Part shown: positions 30,330 through 42,400 of the stretch, piece after piece
How the letters are laid out: every line of letters starts with the position of its first letter
Position numbering within the stretch: position 1 is the stretch's first letter
Source: Eledone cirrhosa
Lineage: Eukaryota
Assembly: GCA_964016885.1 (NCBI GenBank)
Contig: OZ024749.1
Location: forward strand, 2,170,001 to 2,234,000
DNA: 64,000 bases
Direction of reading: 5' to 3'
Position numbers and translations under genes: made by a program
The notes under the pieces: generated by a model
The model's database searches: none
Seen by the model: only the letters and a program-made list of their open reading frames with translations
What the model was told of the DNA's origin: nothing

Positions 30330-30580
30330 TGCCTCATTCTTGGATCACCAAAAGCCTAGAGATCTTCAAGATGGCAGACAACATCAGAGAGTTGTTGAGC
30401 CAAAGTATGAAGTCCTGGAAAACAGAGTTAACATCAGCAGGAGAATCCTTGGGAGGCGTGAAGATCAAGAGAGGTATCTTCCAGGAAGATAGTCTGTCCC
30501 CTCTGTTGTTTGTGCTTGCCCTGATGCCCCTGGCCATTATACTGCGAAAAGTGAGAGCAGGATACAAGTTGGGAAAAAGA
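30330..30580 (+). pseudogene. Reverse transcriptase fragment of an R4/Dong-like non-LTR retrotransposon
   Basis: PHSWITKSL...SMKSWKTEL...IKRGIFQEDSLSPLLFVLAL (RGIFQGDSLSP motif). It begins directly after an (AAT)n tract, the known Dong target type. Confidence 0.85.
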
Positions 30581-31182
30581 TGTTACCCGTCTATTTCGTT
30601 CTTACTGCTTCCTCTTTCTCTGTATCTTTACCCTCTCTAGCAGTCACTCTCTCTGTTAGCCTCTTCCTCACCCTTCACTCACTCATTCTCCGTCACTACC
30701 TCTCCTCCTCCTCCTTCTTCCCGTTTGACCTGTGCGTAAATCTTTTCTTTCGCACGCTTGGCCAGGCCGGTCGGCATTTTCCCTCTCTCTCGTCTACGAT
30801 TTCACAGAACTTATGTTTACCGAATTCACAGACTAGACCCCTTCTTCCTCCCGTTAGACCTGTGCGAAATTCCTTCCTTGCTCACATTTCAACCAGGTTT
30901 GATGGTCTTTATTCTCTCTCGTTCACGATTTCACCGAATTTAAATTCATAGAAATTTGTAACTTGACTCCTTCTTCCTCATTTTTCGTTGCTTCACCATT
31001 TTTGTTTGTTTACACTCGTGTCCCCTTTATTTACGTGTCCCAACGACTTTTTTTAGCCGTTGCTCGCACCAACCGGAGGTATATGGTCTTTAAAGCGATG
31101 AAATACCAATGATGGTTGGAAGATCACTGATGAAGGACTAACTTTATTCATATGTAACCCATTAGCAGCCCCGCAGCATGTT

Positions 31183-31221
<39 letters not shown>

Positions 31222-31260
31222 ACAGGGTATCAATATGAGTTAGTAACTCTGTATTTTATT

Positions 31261-31302
<42 letters not shown>

Positions 31303-31481
31303 GGACATGTATATATATGAATTTTATGGTAAAAATATGCATTTCATACAGCAGAATGTATGTTGTGTGTATAATTATTGAGAAAAAGCGTAGGAAGTAG
31401 CGGCAGATATATGTTGACTTTGAAGTATGAGTAGAATGGAGTATGTAGCATTTGTGCGTGGAGACTTCTCTTGTGTAATTC

Positions 31482-31523
<42 letters not shown>

Positions 31524-31536
31524 TATTAAAAACAAC

Positions 31537-31958
31537 GAAATAAAAAAACAAAAAACAAGTTCCTTATATTAAAAAAATCATCACTTTACGATCGTTTCTA
31601 GGATATATGTGTGTGTTGGTATGTATATCATATATACCTATGTAAAAATTAAGACAGCATGTATATGTGAAGACAGCATGTATATGTGAAGGTATGTATA
31701 TTTTCTCTGATAATTTGTAATATTTTTACATAGATCTATATGATATACATACCGACACACATATACATCCTAGAAACGATCGTAAAATGATGATTTTTTA
31801 ATATAAGGAACTTGTTCTTTGTTTTTATTTCATTGTTCTTTGTTTACCTATGATTTTTATCGAAAATTTTTGAATGGAACTTCTCTTCTCATGATATTTG
31901 GATTAGATTGAGTTCTTCATACGGATTGGACACTACCGTATAATTTCGTAGATTTATC

Positions 31959-31960
<2 letters not shown>
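31537..31960 (+). mobile_element. Fold-back element family A, copy 2
   Basis: Arms ~31537-31650 and ~31720-31831 are inverted; the tail to 31960 matches 3170-3297 in reverse; (TA)n on both sides. Confidence 0.65.
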
Positions 31961-32021
<61 letters not shown>

Positions 32022-32822
32022 TAAAAACAATAGAAAGCCGGGCTGGAATTTTTCTGTAGAATTTTAATTCCGTAAAAACATATATTTGTATGGCACAGCT
32101 TCATCAACCAATAAAAGACCAAGGCGATTTCATCAGGCGTTAAATACAGCATTAATTCTATGAGATATTAGGTAAAAGAATTACGGCGAACACGAACACA
32201 AAAAATAGAACCTAGAGGATCGATTATATTCGGGATGGCTTGCCAATTCAGTGATTTGTGACGTCAAACCATTCGAAATATATATAGTGTTTTTAATGCT
32301 AAATTTCCAGTCAGACCATTTGTGATACATAATGAATATTTAAAACCTTTTCTGAACCAGCCAAGGGATACCATTATTTTCGTAACGTCGAGTGCTTTAA
32401 TTTGATGCAGCCAGTTTACTAACCGGAATCACCATTTGGAAGCTGATGGCCAGTGCCACCAGGTGGATTCCAGCAGAGAGCAGGCGGAGGAACGCTGTCT
32501 TGACCACCAGACAGAAACAGCCGACTGTCATCAGACTACCAGCCCCTGCTTCTGCTGTAATCCACCATATATATAATTTATTTATTTTCATACACGGAAC
32601 AAAAGCGTTGTCTAATTTATATTTAACACACACACACACACACACACACATATTTATATATATATGTCGATGATCGAGCTCTATCATCCGATTATGATGC
32701 AAGACTATGCGATTTCATCAGAGGTTATTTGCAGGATTATATAACAGTCATACGTTGAAGACAAATATAGGATGGAAGATGAGAGATTCAGAAAAAAGTA
32801 GAAGATAGAAAATAGAGTTTAT

Positions 32823-32858
<36 letters not shown>

Positions 32859-33057
32859 CACTTAATTTAATTATGTCTCATATAAAATAATACAACCAGC
32901 TATCCACGAAATACTGATTAGTTAGCACCCCAAACACTAAATTGGGAAAATACTTAGGTATATCCTAATGTCTGTTGAGTGAGATGGAGTTGGTCAGAGT
33001 ATCACTTAAGGCTTTCTCTGTTAATGTATTAAATTTTATATATATATATATATATTT

Positions 33058-33165
<108 letters not shown>

Positions 33166-33310
33166 GAAAACACTACTCGAAAAGGAGAACTGGTCAATAT
33201 CATCGGAAGCCGCAGGTTTTTTCCAGAGTTTCCCTCTCTTGGAAAGATATTGTGACAACAACTGGAGGCCTTTCACTCCCAGGTGAAAAAAACAATATTA
33301 GACATATGTG

Positions 33311-33409
<99 letters not shown>

Positions 33410-33589
33410 ACGATCATATGCATGTTTACATAGAGATGTGTTCGGTAGAGGGCGCTGTAATGACTGTCTATGTTTATATATTTTCAGGTGCGGCGGTTCA
33501 AACCTTAAGACATCTGTTCCATTATCTGACAAGTAACACAAACAGGAACCGTATCAACCATCATCATCAACAACAGCACTAAAAACTGT

Positions 33590-34075
33590 TGTACTACTAC
33601 TACTTTTACTACTACTAGTGCTGTTACTACTGCCACTATTACTAGTACTACTACTACTATTACTACTACTACTAGTAGTAGTACTACTGCTACTGTTGCT
33701 ACTACTACTACTACTACTACTACTAACTGTAGGTGATATATGAGTAAAACATATCTACGAACCGCCATAGAATCCACCAGGGATATCCTATCTTTCCCTT
33801 CATCCACCCATCATTACTGTATAAAGTCACTTAGATCTACCCTCTCAACACCCCACCTCCCCTCCCAACACCCGACCTCCCCTCTCAACACCCCACCTCC
33901 CCTCTCAACACCCCACCTCCCCTCTCAACACCCCACCTCGCCTTTCAACAGCTCAGCTCCCCTCCCAACACCCGACCTACCCTCTCAACACCCCACCCCC
34001 CTCTCAACAGCCCCCTCCCCTCTCAACACTCCACCTACCCTCTCAACACCCCACCTCCCCTTTCAACACCCCAGC
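33590..34075. repeat. (TAC)n tract and a ~21-bp C-rich minisatellite (CCCTCTCAACACCCCACCTCC)
   Basis: Directly visible at ~33590-33725 and ~33838-34075. Confidence 0.9.
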
Positions 34076-34125
34076 CATCGTCTGCCTCCATTCTTTATTT
34101 CTATAGTTATTCTCATTTAGAAGCG

Positions 34126-34156
<31 letters not shown>

Positions 34157-34226
34157 GGTGGCTGCCAACTCGTTTTCGAGTACGGCCACTACTTTATATC
34201 CATGTAGGAGAACCCTATATATACAT

Positions 34227-34320
<94 letters not shown>

Positions 34321-34345
34321 ACATACAGACAGATAGAGAGAGAGA

Positions 34346-34383
<38 letters not shown>

Positions 34384-34413
34384 AAACACATACAGAGAGA
34401 TAGAGAGAGAGAT

Positions 34414-34458
<45 letters not shown>

Positions 34459-35490
34459 CCGTTTCTGCTAGTCTGGTTATGAAATAGATTACAGTAATGT
34501 CCCCCAAAGGAATTATTCTAAGAAACGTCACTGAGCTGCAGTTAGACAAGATGGCGAAGGACAACACCTACAGATTGCAGTGTGAAGGACAACACCTATA
34601 AACTACAGGTCTAGGTTGTTGGCAGAATATCAGAGAACGGCAATGTTATTGCCTGCTATATTAAGAATAGCAAACTGTAAACAAACCAATTCGAGGATCT
34701 CTATGCTATCTCTTCATCTACTAGAAATAACAGCTAATTCATCCTTACGTCCCATCGTAGAGCATGTAAAGAGAGAAATGGATGGGTGCTGGTGGTTGGG
34801 GTGTTTCAAGGCCAAATTTTAATGTATACCATGTATAAAAGAACTGGCTGTGTGTATTTGGTATCCAATTGTTGCCCGTGCATGTTGTAGGAGGGTTAAT
34901 ACTGGCAAGGACAGTCAATTGTAAAACATTGCTTCAGACAGACCCTCGTGATGCTCATAAAATATGCTAAGGAACTCCCAAGCTCTGCTTCAACAACGAT
35001 ATACACAGGAAGTCGCCAAAAGATTTATACACACTCCAACAGCATTCTAATAGATATTACCTGTACAGGTGATCAGAGTGTGTATACATTTTTGGGGACA
35101 ACCTGTATTCATGAAAGGCTTAGTAAACGGCCAGATATCCCTGGTATCAGTGAACTTCATCAAGAATAGATTGATTAAAGCTAATGCGTGTTAATCTGAA
35201 CCACAGCTTGACCTCCACCACAACTACACCACTCCAAACATCAGAAAATATGCTACCACGAACACCTTCTCCCCCAACAACAACAACAACAACAACAACA
35301 GTACCATGCGACATCAATCTAATTTCTCTCTCAGCATGTATTATTAAGATTTGAAAACAAATTTTGATTATATCATGATTATTTCTGGAATAGAATCATG
35401 ATAAAGGCAATTTACCAACCTCAGTAGGCGTGCAGCTCTCATGGTGCACAGGCAGAACACACACCTCCACACACACACATACACACACAC

Positions 35491-35536
<46 letters not shown>

Positions 35537-35689
35537 AATATTTACAACTGTTCAAACGCGCTACCTTAGGTTTCAAAGACCAATTATGGCGACCACGGCA
35601 GACTATAAGTGTTGATGCAGAATGCGTGAAGAAGAGATCGAAAAATCTAGACCCCATCCATCAGGCGCCAGTATGAACTGGCGAATCGG

Positions 35690-35752
<63 letters not shown>

Positions 35753-35918
35753 CACAGAGAGAAGTGTGTTACACAGTGAGGTGTGTGTAAATAATTATTA
35801 CATGTGGGTCTAACCGTTACTGTATGGAAAACAACACCTACAGGTAACATTCTTTGTTCTTCTTTGAGCTAATATTATTATTACTGTGAACTGCGGAATA
35901 TTCTAATTCCGATTCTTG

Positions 35919-35994
<76 letters not shown>

Positions 35995-36203
35995 AGGAAG
36001 TAATATGCCAATAAAGTTTATATATATGTTGCAAAAGTAGCTTTGATCTAACTTTTTATTCGTACTATCACCCCACCCCCACCACCTTAACTCTGGAATA
36101 TACCCGACACGAGACTGTACTTTTAACAGCTTCGAGTGGTTGGACGTCGAACCGCCTATAGCTTACATATTTAACTAACACACGCACAAACACACATGTA
36201 TAC

Positions 36204-36244
<41 letters not shown>

Positions 36245-36269
36245 CACAGGTCTTTACTATCCATTCCAT

Positions 36270-38750
36270 AAAATTAATGAAAATCTAAATTACGTAAGTT
36301 TCAATTCTAATCCTAGAAGTATTAAAAACACTATTGTCAATAGCGTCCAACAACAGATTTCACGCATCTCTGCTAATAAAAATATTTTTGATGATAAGGC
36401 AGAATATTACAATGAAGCTTTACATAGAGCAGGATACTCGAATAAAATTAAATAGATAACAATGACATGACAAATCTTCCTAGAATTCATTATAATAATT
36501 GCTTCTACTTTAGGCACAAGGCCAGCAAATACCAGTGCATTACTGGTACTTTATTTTATCGACCCCGTAAGGATGAAAGGCAAAGTTAACCTCGGCGGGA
36601 TTTGAACTCAGAATGGCAAGGGCCGTAACTCTATGCATCAAAGCATGGCGTCCGACTCTCTACCGATACTGCCAATCCACCTCTGAAGTATTAATTATAA
36701 TAGTATTAAACAATTTAACTTAAACACTAAACCAAACAAAAAAGCTAGAACTAGAAATATTATTTGGAACTCTCGTTAAAACACCTTTAGCAAAGCTATT
36801 TTTTAAAGCACTAGATAAATGTTTTCCTAAAGCCCACAGATACCACTCTATGTTTAACAGACACACTATAAAACTATCCTACTCTACTACTATGAAGATA
36901 GCACAAAATATAAATAAAATTAATAATAGAAACTTAAATTTAAACCCTAACCAAACTAACCAAGATAGCAATAATAATATTTCTAACAACAATATTCAGA
37001 ATAATAGTACCGTTCCGAACAACAACTCCAGAAGAAATGTAACTGTAGAATTAAATCAAACTGCCCTTTACAAAATAATTGCTTAGACAAAAACGTAATT
37101 TATAAATGCACAGTTAAAACTCGAGACAAAGTATTTAACTATATAGGTGCCACTTCTACAAAATTCAAAGAACGCTGGTTTAACCATAAACACACATTTA
37201 ATAGATCCGATAAAAAATCTTCCACTTCACTTTCACATTTAATTTGGAACTTAAAAGACAACAATATAGACTATTCAATATCTTGGGGAATGATTTCGAA
37301 AACACCTGCATACCGAAATATGGCTTTCTCAAGATTCTGTAACTTGAGTATCGAAGACATTTTTTTAATAATTAACTGTCTATTTTATATAATTAATTTT
37401 TATATAATTAATTCTATTAATCTTAAAACAGAATTATTTTCTCCTTGCAGACCTCGCCAAAATTCCACTTTCAGAAGTATTTTTAATTTATGATATTCAT
37501 TACACTTGTCTATATCTTATACACATTCAAAATGATCCTATTTTCTTTAAAAATTTAAATTAAAATTTTTTAAATGATCTTCGTTCTTAATTTTTAATAT
37601 TTCTACTATTTTTACCATTTGACATTCATTTTTTAATATATTTGTTTACTATTTTTACCTTTTGATATTATTTTCCTAATGATACCCCTCTAAATATATT
37701 TTTTTAGATGCAGATTGATAATTTTTAATTGACATTCTGAAAGTTTATCCTCTTTACGATAGTTCTTCGAAATGCACAATACTTTTTCCCTCTTCTTTTG
37801 ATCTTCAAACTTTCACACATCTTTCCACTAAAATAATATATAATTGAAATTAATCTCACACAAAATAATATATAATTTTCTCTATATATTTTCTGAGTAA
37901 ATCATTCCTCAAATTTAACGGTTAACAAATAAGATTGGAGTTATCTTTCCCTTTTCAATCGTGGAAACATAAACATTATATTATAATATAATATGTATGA
38001 TAAACTATATAACTTCGCTAAATTAACAATATTCTGAAAACATTTTCAATGTTGGAACCAAATATTTGAATCTACAAATTGTTCTCCTCTTACAACTTGA
38101 ACTATGTGTTTTTTATGTAAAATGCAAAATCAACTTCCTTCATATTAGAAATATAAACAACTAATAATTGTAAATTATTTCTATTTCTATAATACTTATA
38201 CATGCACAATTATTAATCTATATAGATATTTATATACTTGCAACCCATTGCAATGTAATAAGATAAAATCTACTTACAACCATAAATCTTCATATAATCT
38301 AATTGATTATATATATAATATTATAACTCATAATATAGCTAAATAAATTTAAATTCTGGAATCATATTCCACCATTCTCGCAAATTGTTAATTCCTTTTA
38401 AATTAACGTAAATACAAGCGCTTCTTTCTTTTTTTCTTCTTCTCCCTACTCATACATACATATATCCTAATTATTTAAATTCTGCATAGAGTCTAAAATA
38501 ACGTGGTTTCAGGCCTATAACTCAATCTCATTTGCATACTCATCTTAATAATTTGAAACAACTGACTTTTCTTCTCTTTTCCCTTCACTATCCAAGAAGG
38601 GTATCTTTTCTTGGTTATGTTAAAATTTATAAAACAAACTTTGTATTTTATCTGATGAAAGCGTACCAAAGTTTTGGTACCCTTGAAATATATATAATAG
38701 AATAAATATGGTTTTATAAATATAGTTTCCATTTATTAAATATCATTGTA
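36270..38750 (+). mobile_element. 5'-truncated Penelope-like element (RT thumb, linker, GIY-YIG, long AT-rich 3' UTR, family C pLTR), interrupted by a SINE
   Basis: PRSIKNTIVNSVQQQISRISANKNIFDDKAEYYNEALHRAGY; RTRNIIW; LDKCFPKAHRYHSMFNRHTIKLSYS; CNCRIKSNCPLQNNCLDKNVIYKCTV...YIGATSTKFKERWFNHKHTF...TSLSHLIWNLK...FCNL. Frameshifted. Confidence 0.92.
38644..38704 (+). ncRNA. Type I hammerhead ribozyme in the PLE pLTR
   Basis: TATTTTAT CTGATGA AAG c GTACCAAA gt TTTGGTAC c CTT GAAA TATATA TA ATAGAATA; all core nucleotides and three helices are present. Confidence 0.85.
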
Positions 38751-38761
38751 TGTATATATAT

Positions 38762-38990
38762 GATGTGAGAAAAACCACAGACCGTCCATCTCAACCCTAC
38801 TTTTGAAAAGCAGAAGAACTGCGAAACCGGTAAAGGAACCAAATATATATATATTTTTTAAAAAATAAGACGCCAGGTGCATTTTCGATTTCATCTTTTT
38901 TTCTTTATACTTTCACTCGTGTAGGACACCTTGGTTATTTTTCATTTTGTAAAAGAAAACTCACTTCCTAATATATATATTTCTTGGAAC
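38762..38990 (+). mobile_element. Family B pLTR-like repeat with variant hammerhead-like core (copy 2)
   Basis: CTT TTGAAAA GCAG aagaa CTGC GAAA CCGG TA AAG; homolog at 14985-15125. Confidence 0.55.
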
Positions 38991-39394
38991 TCTTTTAACC
39001 ATCTTTTGATCTTATATTATATATATATATAATATAGGTTTGTGTGTATGTGTGTATATCTTTGTATCCATGTTTCTCTATATATGTGAGTTTATAGATA
39101 ACATATCTATATTGCTGTGACCGTGTGTACACATGTAAGTGTATATTGCTACGGTTTAACACCTAAATAAATAAGAGAATCTATAAATTCTAAACAATTT
39201 AAATGTATTTATCACTGGGAATTACAATCTACAGGTTTAATTTATACCACGTGAGAAACTCTTTAAATGTGGGCATGTGGCTCTTAATCAAACACACACA
39301 CACATATATACACATACACATACATATTTATATACCTATACATCCATATAAACATATGCATATTCATATATATGTTTATATATATACATAATAA

Positions 39395-39421
<27 letters not shown>

Positions 39422-39425
<4 letters not shown>

Positions 39426-42400
39426 AAGTTAAAAATGTACATCCACATATGTATACTGAAATAATAGTATGCATATGAATACACACACGTGTACATATGT
39501 AGATGTACCGAGTTTTCACTGGTCACTTTACTGTGAGTGTCCAGCTATTCTGTATGTAAACACACATACAAACCGGTTTTTAGAGTCATACTGGTTTTTG
39601 AGGAAACACCTTTCCTCTATTCTCCAGAAAGCCAGACAAGGAATATTGGACTAGTTTCGATGTTGTTACATCTCATCAGCAATATTTACCTATCTTCCGG
39701 CCTCTCTAGAGAATCGTGAAAGCACATATCGCTATATGCTTTTTCTATGAAAATTAGTAGTGGGCAGACCAATTTGCATAGAGCGTGAGTACGTACCGGT
39801 TCAACGGAGACGATAAAAACAAATAACGAAACGAAATTAAATTTCGTTTCGTTTGTAACTCACTTTTGTATGACTGACGCTTAAACAATTAAGTTAAAAA
39901 TGTACATCCACATATGTATACTGAAATAATAGTATGCATATGAATACACACACGTGTACATATGTAGATGTACCGAGTTTTCACTGGTCACTTTACTGTG
40001 AGTGTCCAGCTATTCTGTATGTAAACACACATACAAACCGGTTTTTAGAGTCATACTGGTTTTTGAGGAAACACCTTTCCTCTATTCTCCAGAAAGCCAG
40101 ACAAGGAATATTGGACTAGTTTCGATGTTGTTACATCTCATCAGCAATATTTACCTATCTTCCGGCCTCTCTAGAGAATCGTGAAAGCACATATCGCTAT
40201 ATGCTTTTTCTATGAAAATTAGTAGTGGGCAGACCAATTTGCATAGAGCGTGAGTACGTACCGGTTCAACGGAGACGATAAAAACAAATAACGAAACGAA
40301 ATTAAATTTCGTTTCGTTTGTAACTCACTTTTGTATGACTGACGCTTAAACAATTAAGTTAAAAATGTACATCCACATATGTATACTGAAATAATAGTAT
40401 GCATATGAATACACACACGTGTACATATGTAGATGTACCGAGTTTTCACTGGTCACTTTACTGTGAGTGTCCAGCTATTCTGTATGTAAACACACATACA
40501 AACCGGTTTTTAGAGTCATACTGGTTTTTGAGGAAACACCTTTCCTCTATTCTCCAGAAAGCCAGACAAGGAATATTGGACTAGTTTCGATGTTGTTACA
40601 TCTCATCAGCAATATTTACCTATCTTCCGGCCTCTCTAGAGAATCGTGAAAGCACATATCGCTATATGCTTTTTCTATGAAAATTAGTAGTGGGCAGACC
40701 AATTTGCATAGAGCGTGAGTACGTACCGGTTCAACGGAGACGATAAAAACAAATAACGAAACGAAATTAAATTTCGTTTCGTTTGTAACTCACTTTTGTA
40801 TGACTGACGCTTAAACAATTAAGTTAAAAATGTACATCCACATATGTATACTGAAATAATAGTATGCATATGAATACACACACGTGTACATATGTAGATG
40901 TACCGAGTTTTCACTGGTCACTTTACTGTGAGTGTCCAGCTATTCTGTATGTAAACACACATACAAACCGGTTTTTAGAGTCATACTGGTTTTTGAGGAA
41001 ACACCTTTCCTCTATTCTCCAGAAAGCCAGACAAGGAATATTGGACTAGTTTCGATGTTGTTACATCTCATCAGCAATATTTACCTATCTTCCGGCCTCT
41101 CTAGAGAATCGTGAAAGCACATATCGCTATATGCTTTTTCTATGAAAATTAGTAGTGGGCAGACCAATTTGCATAGAGCGTGAGTACGTACCGGTTCAAC
41201 GGAGACGATAAAAACAAATAACGAAACGAAATTAAATTTCGTTTCGTTTGTAACTCACTTTTGTATGACTGACGCTTAAACAATTAAGTTAAAAATGTAC
41301 ATCCACATATGTATACTGAAATAATAGTATGCATATGAATACACACACGTGTACATATGTAGATGTACCGAGTTTTCACTGGTCACTTTACTGTGAGTGT
41401 CCAGCTATTCTGTATGTAAACACACATACAAACCGGTTTTTAGAGTCATACTGGTTTTTGAGGAAACACCTTTCCTCTATTCTCCAGAAAGCCAGACAAG
41501 GAATATTGGACTAGTTTCGATGTTGTTACATCTCATCAGCAATATTTACCTATCTTCCGGCCTCTCTAGAGAATCGTGAAAGCACATATCGCTATATGCT
41601 TTTTCTATGAAAATTAGTAGTGGGCAGACCAATTTGCATAGAGCGTGAGTACGTACCGGTTCAACGGAGACGATAAAAACAAATAACGAAACGAAATTAA
41701 ATTTCGTTTCGTTTGTAACTCACTTTTGTATGACTGACGCTTAAACAATTAAGTTAAAAATGTACATCCACATATGTATACTGAAATAATAGTATGCATA
41801 TGAATACACACACGTGTACATATGTAGATGTACCGAGTTTTCACTGGTCACTTTACTGTGAGTGTCCAGCTATTCTGTATGTAAACACACATACAAACCG
41901 GTTTTTAGAGTCATACTGGTTTTTGAGGAAACACCTTTCCTCTATTCTCCAGAAAGCCAGACAAGGAATATTGGACTAGTTTCGATGTTGTTACATCTCA
42001 TCAGCAATATTTACCTATCTTCCGGCCTCTCTAGAGAATCGTGAAAGCACATATCGCTATATGCTTTTTCTATGAAAATTAGTAGTGGGCAGACCAATTT
42101 GCATAGAGCGTGAGTACGTACCGGTTCAACGGAGACGATAAAAACAAATAACGAAACGAAATTAAATTTCGTTTCGTTTGTAACTCACTTTTGTATGACT
42201 GACGCTTAAACAATTAAGTTAAAAATGTACATCCACATATGTATACTGAAATAATAGTATGCATATGAATACACACACGTGTACATATGTAGATGTACCG
42301 AGTTTTCACTGGTCACTTTACTGTGAGTGTCCAGCTATTCTGTATGTAAACACACATACAAACCGGTTTTTAGAGTCATACTGGTTTTTGAGGAAACACC

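Noticed and set aside
31110-32740. Isolated CTGATGA motifs (~31127 plus; ~32130 and ~32716 minus); also CTGACGA at ~16487 minus
   Set aside because: No properly placed GAAA or stem III, so not called as hammerheads.
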